NCBI GenBank assembly: GCA_040752415.1
Contig: JBFMGU010000165.1
Location: 1 to 23,925 of the forward strand
Direction of reading: 5' to 3'
Origin: Myxococcota bacterium
Lineage (GTDB): Bacteria > Myxococcota > JACRCW01
DNA: 23,925 nucleotides
Positions 17,452 to 23,925 of this stretch are shown here, one piece after another. Both the position numbers and the translations under genes were made by a program. The notes beneath the pieces were generated by a model. The model saw nothing but the letters and a program-made list of their open reading frames with translations. It did no database searches and was not told the origin of the DNA. Every line of letters begins with the position of its first letter. Within the stretch, counting starts at the first letter, position 1.

Positions 17452-19062
17452 ATGTCCACCGTCGTCGAGCGCCTGGCGGAATTCGTCTGCAACTTGCGAG
17501 ATACCGACATCCCGACGCGCGTGCAGGAGCTGGCCCGTCACCAGGTGCTCAACGTCGTGGCGTCCATGCATCCCGCCGTGGACAACGCCGCGTGCCAGGC
17601 CGTGCAGCGCGCCGTGCTGCGGTCCTCCCGACGTGGACCGTGTACCGCGCTCCCCACCGGCGAGAAGCTCCCCCTCGAGGACGCGCTGCTCATCAACAGC
17701 ACACGCGCCATGGCGCTGGACTACGACGACTACCTCTACCTGGGACACACCGGTCACTCCGCCGTGCTCGCCAGCTGGGCGGTCTGCGAGGAGGAGGCGC
17801 TGTCCACGCGGGACCTGCTCACCGCCGTCGTCATTGGCAACGAGGTGGGGGGACGGTTTGGCGCCAGCGCGGTGCTGGGGCCGCAGAATGGCCAGGCCTG
17901 GAGCTTCATCCACGCGCTGGAGGCGGCCGCGGTGACGTCGAGGCTGTACCGGCTGGACGTCGCCAGGACCGCGCACGCGCTGGCCATTGCGCTCTACCAG
18001 CCCCCGTTCACGTTGTGGCCCGGCTTCATGGGCGCGCAGAGCAAGGTCCTCACCGCGGCCGGCCCCACGCTCACCGGAATCCAGGCGGCGCGACTGGCGC
18101 GTGAGGGCATGACGGGCGCGTGGGACGTCGTGGAGCATCCGCGCCGGGGGTTCTGGGCGCATTTCACGTTTGCGCCGGTGCCGCACATGCTGGGCGGGTT
18201 GGGGCGCTCATGGGTCACGGATTCCCTCACGTACAAGAAGTACCCGGGGTGCGCGTACGTCGACACCACGCTGGACGCGCTGCTGGACATCCTGGCGCAG
18301 TTCAGGCGCGCGCACGGCCGGGACCTGCTTCCCCACGACGTGGAACGCGTGCAGGTGGAAGCGTCGCTGCTCACGGTGGAGATGGACAACCTCTCGCGCG
18401 AGTACGCGGGCGAGCGATTGGATCCCATCAACATCAACTTCTCTGTGCCGCTCAACGTGGGCATTGCCGTGGCGGCGGGAAGACACACCGGCGCGGAGCT
18501 CCAACAGCCCTGGCTGGACTCCCACCACGACGAGATCCTGCGCGTGTCGCGCGCAACGTCCCTGCAACATGACTGGGGCATGACCCTGCAGGTGGTGGAA
18601 GCCTTCAATGACTTCCTGGGGCCGCACTCACCGTTGTCCGGGTTGGATGCGCGCGATCTCGTCGACGTGGTGCGGGGCTACACGCGCCAGATGGGCGGGC
18701 GTACCACCGACGTCATGGAGCTGGGCGGGCTGGTGCAGCAGGGCGGACGCGTGGCGCGGTTGGTGCGGGAGCGCATTGGTCGACGGGGGATGGCGCCGGA
18801 CCTGGGGCAGGTGGACTTCCAGCGCTTCCGCATGGTGTTCCCCGCGCGCGTCACGCTGAAGACGCGGGGTGGACACACGTTCTCGTCGACACAGGAGCAG
18901 CCGCTGGGGAGCCCGGGACAGCGGGAGCACCTGGGGACCGTCGTCGGGAAGTACCACCAGGAGGCGCGGCTGCCGACGGAGAAGGTGGCGCGCGGGATGG
19001 AGATGGTGCTCAGCCTGGAGCGTCACAGCCTGGGGGACGTTGCCGCCGCGGTCTGCAGCTAG
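17452..19062 (+). CDS. MmgE/PrpD family protein
   Basis: LAEFV-x-x-L-x-x-x-DIP, ALDYDD...GH, LL-x-AVV-x-G-x-EV, ARLA-x-x-G-x-TG, KKYPGC and P-x-GSP; SD GGAGG. Confidence 0.88.
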   Translation: MSTVVERLAEFVCNLRDTDIPTRVQELARHQVLNVVASMHPAVDNAACQAVQRAVLRSSRRGPCTALPTGEKLPLEDALLINSTRAMALDYDDYLYLGHTGHSAVLASWAVCEEEALSTRDLLTAVVIGNEVGGRFGASAVLGPQNGQAWSFIHALEAAAVTSRLYRLDVARTAHALAIALYQPPFTLWPGFMGAQSKVLTAAGPTLTGIQAARLAREGMTGAWDVVEHPRRGFWAHFTFAPVPHMLGGLGRSWVTDSLTYKKYPGCAYVDTTLDALLDILAQFRRAHGRDLLPHDVERVQVEASLLTVEMDNLSREYAGERLDPININFSVPLNVGIAVAAGRHTGAELQQPWLDSHHDEILRVSRATSLQHDWGMTLQVVEAFNDFLGPHSPLSGLDARDLVDVVRGYTRQMGGRTTDVMELGGLVQQGGRVARLVRERIGRRGMAPDLGQVDFQRFRMVFPARVTLKTRGGHTFSSTQEQPLGSPGQREHLGTVVGKYHQEARLPTEKVARGMEMVLSLERHSLGDVAAAVCS

Positions 19063-19100
19063 TGGTTTGTGCTGAAGCCGGCGAATGCTATCTCCCGCGC

Positions 19101-19214
19101 ATGGCCGATGACGTCAGGGTCCGCCGCGTTGGGAATGCGCTCATGGCGACGGGAACGCTCATCATCGCGGTCACGCTGGCATTCGCGGCGTGGGTGCTCT
19201 GGGGTGGACCGTGA
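19101..19214 (+). CDS. Small single-pass membrane protein (37 aa)
   Basis: MADDVRVRRVGNALMATGTLIIAVTLAFAAWVLWGGP. Its TGA overlaps the next gene's GTG (GTGA); TGnTATCTC lies 6 nt before the ATG. Confidence 0.7.
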   Translation: MADDVRVRRVGNALMATGTLIIAVTLAFAAWVLWGGP

Positions 19215-20125
19215 AGCTCGCGGCCGTGTCCGACCTGCATTACCCGGAGTCCAAGGCCAACCTGGAAGAGCTGGCCGCCACGGCGCGTGAGGCCGGTGCG
19301 GAGGCGCTGATCCTCGTCGGAGACGCGGTGAGCCAGTTCCACCCGCCGCTGCTCACCGAGGTGCTGCAGACGCTTCGGAAGGCCGCGCCCGTGTGCGTGT
19401 TCGTTCCCGGGAACCATGAGCTGTGGTCACGCGAGGCCTCGACGGCGGGCATCTACGAGCGTCGCCTCCCCGCGCTATGCGAGGCGCAGGGGTGGCACTA
19501 CCTCGACGCCGGACCGGTCTACGTGGGGGAGGTGGCCATCGTCGGGAACGTGGGCTGGTATGACTACTCGCTCACCGACCGCGAGACGTTCCCCGACGCG
19601 CAGGTGGCCTTTGGAGAGCAGATCCTGCGGGCCGCCCGTCGTCGACCGGCCGCCACCATCCCCATCCACGCCGTCACCGACGAGATGCTGGCCACCAAGG
19701 CCATGGTGGTGCTCCCGCCAAAGGACGGCCCCTTCGCCGACCGCGGCCCAGCGCTGCTGCGTTGGAATGACCGTCGCTTCGTGCGGCTGGGCGTCAGTGA
19801 CCGCGCCTTCACCGAGGACTGCGTGCGTCGACTGCGCGAGCACCTGCGTGAAGCGGAGAACCGCGCGGAGCGCATTGTGGCGGCCGTGCACACCGCGCCC
19901 TTTGGTCAAGCGCTGAGCCCGCCCGTGCATCCCGTGGAGGCGCTGACGCGCGCGTACCAGGGCGCCCAGACGCTTGGCGACGTCATCATGGACTCGCGCA
20001 AGGTGGTGCTGGCGGTGCACGGACATCGTCATCGTCCCGGTGTGCACCAGGTGGAGCACCTGCCGGTCATCAACGTGACGGGTCGACCGGATCGCGGCGG
20101 ATCCGTGGTGGTGCGCGAAGTATGA
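19211..20125 (+). CDS. Calcineurin-like metallophosphoesterase
   Basis: All five motifs present: SDLH, GD, PGNHE, H(TAP), HGHRH; also GWYDYS and WND. Confidence 0.9.
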   Translation: MKLAAVSDLHYPESKANLEELAATAREAGAEALILVGDAVSQFHPPLLTEVLQTLRKAAPVCVFVPGNHELWSREASTAGIYERRLPALCEAQGWHYLDAGPVYVGEVAIVGNVGWYDYSLTDRETFPDAQVAFGEQILRAARRRPAATIPIHAVTDEMLATKAMVVLPPKDGPFADRGPALLRWNDRRFVRLGVSDRAFTEDCVRRLREHLREAENRAERIVAAVHTAPFGQALSPPVHPVEALTRAYQGAQTLGDVIMDSRKVVLAVHGHRHRPGVHQVEHLPVINVTGRPDRGGSVVVREV

Positions 20126-20910
20126 GCGAGATGGCAGTGACGGTCCCGCCCCCGGTGGGCATGGGTCGCGACACGCGTGCGCGGAAGCTGGCGCGCGAGA
20201 ACCTGGTGAAGGTGCTGTGGGACCGCCACGGTCGACGTCGACTGCCCACCGACGCACAGCTGGTCCGCGCCATGGAGGCCTGTGACAAGCGCGACGTGTG
20301 GTGGGTGTGTGAGGCCAACAGCGCCGGCCCGCTGTACTTCCTCCCGACGAAGGACTGGATTCGCACGCTGGCTCGGACGCTGAAGGACTGGGAGATCCGC
20401 AGCGTGCTGGAGGTGGGTGCGGGAGATGGATTCGTCTCCGCGTGTCTCGCCGCGGCCATGCCCGACGTGAAGGTGGTGGCGACGGACAGCGGCGCGTGGG
20501 AACGCCCGGCCGCGCGCATGAACCGGCAGGACCGCAGGGACTTCAAGGGTGTTCCGTTCCGCGGCATCTCGGCGGGAGAGAACGTCATCCGCATGGACGC
20601 GGTGGCGGCGGTGAAGCGCTTCAAACCCAACCTCACGCTCGTGGTGTGGCCCCCGCCCGGCGACCTGCTGGAGCGCGTCATCAAGGCGCCCTCGTCACGG
20701 GTGGTGCTCGACGTCAGCGTGGAAGGCGACGTGTGCGGCATGGGCATGTTGACGTGGCGGTTCAACAAGGACTTCGTGTTCGGTCCGTTGGAGGAACGTG
20801 CGCTGTGTCGTCTGGATGCCCGTCCGCGCGAGGAGAGGCACACGCGCGTCACGGTGTACTACGGGCGCGCCCACCCCGAGTTCCACGAGGAGAAAGGGCG
20901 CTTCCGCTGA
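20122..20910 (+). CDS. Class I SAM-dependent methyltransferase-like protein
   Basis: VLEVGAGDG motif I, VVATD, MDA and VVWPP; ATGA overlap with the upstream gene. Confidence 0.78.
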   Translation: MSEMAVTVPPPVGMGRDTRARKLARENLVKVLWDRHGRRRLPTDAQLVRAMEACDKRDVWWVCEANSAGPLYFLPTKDWIRTLARTLKDWEIRSVLEVGAGDGFVSACLAAAMPDVKVVATDSGAWERPAARMNRQDRRDFKGVPFRGISAGENVIRMDAVAAVKRFKPNLTLVVWPPPGDLLERVIKAPSSRVVLDVSVEGDVCGMGMLTWRFNKDFVFGPLEERALCRLDARPREERHTRVTVYYGRAHPEFHEEKGRFR

Positions 20911-20911
20911 T

Positions 20912-21958
20912 TCACTGGCAGCTGTAGCCGCCGTTGATGTCAATCTGGCAGGTGAACGGCGAGCAGCACCCGCTGAAGTCCGCCGAGCAGTCCACGTTGC
21001 GGCCCAGGCACTGCGTGCAATGCGCCGCGCAGCCGAAGTCCGCGCAGTCCACGTAGACGTCGGCGTCATTGCTGCATCCGTCGGCGCAGGTCTCCGCGGT
21101 GTCTTCGTTCGTCACGGGATTCGCGCAGTAGTTGGGCGGGTCGCCGCTGCGGGGAGGACAGCCGGCCAGACCCGCGCAGTCAAAGTCGTCGCAGTCCACG
21201 TGGTCGTCGCCGTCGTTGTCGCACCCGTCGCCGCAGAGGTCCGCGGTGATCTCGTGCACCTGGCGCTCGCACACCGGGCAGGAGCCAATGCCCGAGCAGC
21301 CGGAGTCGTCGCAGTCCACGTAGATGTCCGTGTCGTTGGAGCAGCCGTCGCTGCAGGTCTGCGCGGTGTCCTCGGTGGTGACGGGGTCCGGGCAGTAGTT
21401 GGGCGGCCCGGCGTCGCGGCTGGTGCATCCCGCCAGGCCCGCGCAGTCGAAGTCCGCGCAGTCCACGAAGGTGTCGCCGTCGTTGTCGCAGCCGTCGCCA
21501 CAGCGGTCCGTCGTGGTCTCGTGGACCAGGGTGTTGCCGCACGTGCCACCACTGCTGCTGCTGGACACGTTGTTGCCGCCCCCGCTGCTGCTGGACGCGT
21601 TGTTGCCACCCCCGCTGCTGCTCGACGACGCAGCGCTGCTGCTGGACGCATTGTTGGCCGCGCTGGACGACGTGGCATTGGCCGACGACGACGAGCTGGT
21701 GGTTCCGCCGGAGCTGACGGCCCCGCTTGACGACGTGGAACCTGCGGATGCGGTCCCCGAGCTGCTGGAGATGGACCCGCTGCTCGACGACGACCCGGCG
21801 CCGCCCGACGAGCTGGTGCCGTTGCTCCCGAACCCCCCGCTGGTGCTGCTGGTGCCTCCGCGGTTGCGGTTGTCGTCGTCATTGCTTCCGCTGCACGCGG
21901 GGTGCGCAAGAAGTGCGGCGCAGGCGAGGAGAACGGACCAGGTCAGGGCAGGGCGCAT
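20912..21958 (-). CDS. Lipoprotein with Ser/Gly linker and Cys/Asp-rich repeats
   Basis: Signal ending PA-C; long S/G linker; four C-x-DGC-x-ND-x-D-x-x-VDC-x-D-x-x-C modules; SD GGAG. Confidence 0.88.
   Translation of the reverse strand: MRPALTWSVLLACAALLAHPACSGSNDDDNRNRGGTSSTSGGFGSNGTSSSGGAGSSSSSGSISSSSGTASAGSTSSSGAVSSGGTTSSSSSANATSSSAANNASSSSAASSSSSGGGNNASSSSGGGNNVSSSSSGGTCGNTLVHETTTDRCGDGCDNDGDTFVDCADFDCAGLAGCTSRDAGPPNYCPDPVTTEDTAQTCSDGCSNDTDIYVDCDDSGCSGIGSCPVCERQVHEITADLCGDGCDNDGDDHVDCDDFDCAGLAGCPPRSGDPPNYCANPVTNEDTAETCADGCSNDADVYVDCADFGCAAHCTQCLGRNVDCSADFSGCCSPFTCQIDINGGYSCQ
21030..21526 (-). repeat. Intragenic tandem duplication, 267-bp (89-aa) unit x2
   Basis: VHE...CGDGCDNDGD...DCAGLAGC...PPNYC-x-x-PVT-x-EDTA-x-TC occurs twice; matching DNA at 21171 and 21438. 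Confidence 0.85.
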
Positions 21959-22057
21959 GGCAACTCCAGGAGGACTTCGAGCTCGTTGCTAGCACGCGCC
22001 GCGTCGCCGTCCCAAGCAAGCGTTGCCCTTCGCCACCTGGCGCGCCAAGCTCAAGCC

Positions 22058-23704
22058 ATGCGTGTCTCCCGGCTCCTGCTCCTGTCTTCCGTCTTCCTTG
22101 CTGCCACGTCGTGGGCCGCACCCACCCAGCTGCGGCTCAGTGTCATTGGTGATGCCCGCACCACCATGGGCGTGGCGTGGACCACCGAGGACGACGTGGC
22201 ATCCGCGGTGGAGTACCGCGTGGCGGGCAGCAACGCCGCTCCCCAGCGCGTGGACGGCTCGACGGGCCAGCTGGCGACAGGAATCGGCTACGTGCACACC
22301 ATCGAGCTGACGGGACTGACGGCGTCGACGCAGTACGAATACCGCGTGGGCGACGGAACGACGTGGAGCGAGTGGTCCACCTTCCGAACCGGCGGCGATC
22401 CCTGCGAGGCGTGGAGCTTCATCGCCGTGGGTGATGACCGCGCCGACCCGATCATCAACGGTGGCCGTGGCGTCAGCCCGAAGTGGGGACCCATTGCGGA
22501 GGAAGCCGCGGCCACCACGCCGGCGCCGAACCTGTTCATCAACAGCGGTGACCTCGTCTACGACGGTGCGGAGGTCGACCAGTGGGTGGACTGGCTGAGC
22601 AGCTCGGAGTCCGTGACGCGCGTGATTCCGCACATGCCCGTGCTCGGCAACCACGACGCCAAGGGCCCCGACAACGAGCACGTCTTCAACGACATCTTCT
22701 TCCTGCCGCGCAACGACGAGGAGCAGTCGGAGAGCTACTACCACTTCCGCTATGGCAACGCGCTGTTCATTGCGTTCACCACCGCCAGCAATGAAGACGG
22801 CACCGCGAACGATCCGCGACCTTTCGCGCGCCAGGGCGAATGGTTGCGTCGCGTGCTGGAGGCGAACACGGATGCGGTGTGGCGGTTCATCTACATGCAC
22901 CACCCGCCGTTCACGTCGGGAGGCGCGGGGTTCCTGGGCTTTGAGCTGGGGCACCCGTCCAACGAGATGGAGCAGAACGCCATCCTCCTTCCGCTGTTTG
23001 ATGAGTTCCACGTGGACTTCGTGCTGGCCGGGCACAATCACTGGTACGAGCGGTTCGAGGCCCTCAACCAGGGACCGGACCTCAACGAGGGCGCCCTGGC
23101 CGCCGGCCCCGACGACGGCACGCAGCACATCATCACCGGCGGCGCGGGCGCGGTGACGCTGGACTTCTCCATCGGGAACTTCAGCGCCATCGACATCATT
23201 TGCGGCAACGTGCAGCCCGGCCAGGTGCACTGCTCCGGCGAGCATCACTATGTGCGCTTTGACATCCGCGGTCACCACATCAGCGCCAAGACCGTCGCCA
23301 CGGCGTGCCAGAACATTGGCTGCGAGAATCCCATCGTGGAGATTGACGCGTTCACGTACACCAAGGGCGGCGTGGACGCGTGTGGCGGCTCCTCGTCGTC
23401 ATCCTCTTCGTCGTCCTCCTCATCGTCGTCGTCGTCCAGCTCATCGTCTTCCTCGTCATCGTCATCGTCATCGTCATCGTCGTCGTCGTCGTCCAGCTCG
23501 TCGTCGAGCGGCGGCGCGGCCAGTTCCTCGTCGGGCAGCGCGGACACCGGGAGTTCCAGCGGCGGCGTGGCGGCGAGCAGTGGGGAGGAAGGACAGGGCG
23601 GAGTGGCCGCGCAGAACGGAGGATGCAACTGTGGCAGCGCGGCCTGGGGGCCCGTGGGCGTGCTCGGGGTGGTGCTCGCGGCGTTCAGGCGTCGTCGACG
23701 CTGA
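22058..23704 (+). CDS. Secreted purple acid phosphatase-family metallophosphoesterase with FN3-like N-domain, poly-Ser linker and MYXO-CTERM-like tail
   Basis: Signal peptide; H-x-x-x-LTGL-x-x-x-T-x-Y-x-YRVG; GD, GDLVY, GNHD, HHPP, GHNH-x-YER; tail GGCNC + hydrophobic helix + RRRRR. Confidence 0.92.
   Translation: MRVSRLLLLSSVFLAATSWAAPTQLRLSVIGDARTTMGVAWTTEDDVASAVEYRVAGSNAAPQRVDGSTGQLATGIGYVHTIELTGLTASTQYEYRVGDGTTWSEWSTFRTGGDPCEAWSFIAVGDDRADPIINGGRGVSPKWGPIAEEAAATTPAPNLFINSGDLVYDGAEVDQWVDWLSSSESVTRVIPHMPVLGNHDAKGPDNEHVFNDIFFLPRNDEEQSESYYHFRYGNALFIAFTTASNEDGTANDPRPFARQGEWLRRVLEANTDAVWRFIYMHHPPFTSGGAGFLGFELGHPSNEMEQNAILLPLFDEFHVDFVLAGHNHWYERFEALNQGPDLNEGALAAGPDDGTQHIITGGAGAVTLDFSIGNFSAIDIICGNVQPGQVHCSGEHHYVRFDIRGHHISAKTVATACQNIGCENPIVEIDAFTYTKGGVDACGGSSSSSSSSSSSSSSSSSSSSSSSSSSSSSSSSSSSSSSSSGGAASSSSGSADTGSSSGGVAASSGEEGQGGVAAQNGGCNCGSAAWGPVGVLGVVLAAFRRRRR
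23390..23509 (+). repeat. (TCN/AGC)40 poly-serine tract
   Basis: 40 consecutive Ser codons with mixed synonymous usage. Confidence 0.95.
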
Positions 23705-23810
23705 AGGAGCCACTCGTCCCGGGTCGGTGGCGAGTTGGCCCCCCCACCCCGCCGCCTTCCGATTTCCGTGAGTTCTCGTCGTGGCGGCGGGCCTCCCCCA
23801 CGGCGTGGGG

Positions 23811-23925
23811 AGGCGTAGATGTGCCGCGCCCGTGGGGTTCATTGGGCTCGACGCGGCACAAGGCAACAATGGGCCCGTGCCGCGGACTGAGCCGCTCGTC
23901 CCAGTGCCGCGGCACATCTACGCCT
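23811..23925. repeat. 115-bp palindromic element with perfect 18-bp terminal inverted repeats (REP doublet/REPIN- or MITE-like)
   Basis: AGGCGTAGATGTGCCGCG (23811-23828) is the reverse complement of CGCGGCACATCTACGCCT (23908-23925); internal CGCGGCAC (23852) and GTGCCGCG (23877). Confidence 0.8.

Noticed and set aside
20912..21860. CRISPR-like or DNA-level repeat array
   Set aside because: The repeats are in-frame, vary at synonymous positions and encode Cys-rich modules or Ser linkers; no repeat-spacer structure or cas genes.
23272..23628. Poly-Asp/Glu minus-strand ORF
   Set aside because: Reverse complement of the poly-Ser linker.
23811..23925. Retron msr-msd bounded by a1/a2 inverted repeats
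   Set aside because: No reverse transcriptase in the window, and the interior is itself symmetric rather than split into msr and msd; cannot be fully excluded without downstream sequence.

Overview
High-GC bacterial DNA, most likely Myxococcota, judged by a MYXO-CTERM-type C-terminus, Cys/Asp-rich secreted repeats and the ndk-rlmN-mtnP-pfkB order. The left and centre hold mostly housekeeping genes: a carboxylesterase, a membrane protein, a lipoprotein Zn-aminopeptidase, a RluA-family pseudouridine synthase, a putative outer-membrane protein, gltX, ndk, a TPR lipoprotein, rlmN, mtnP, a PfkB kinase and hslO. The right half is more accessory: a V4R/H-NOX-like small protein, DUF763, a TolB-like propeller, GST, an MmgE/PrpD protein, a metallophosphoesterase, a methyltransferase, a Cys-rich lipoprotein and a secreted purple acid phosphatase. 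Items not delimited by the ORF track are: (i) a sigma54 promoter with two phased palindromic enhancer sites pointing into a structured non-coding stretch at the left edge; (ii) a 37-aa membrane peptide heading a translationally coupled three-gene operon; (iii) a 100-aa, ~40% Pro repeat protein with a good SD; (iv) a GTAG-type REPIN-like 115-bp palindrome at the right edge; (v) a recurring leaderless-promoter signature; (vi) a probable CTG start. I saw no rRNA, tRNA, CRISPR array or transposase. All family assignments come from motif recognition, not database searches.
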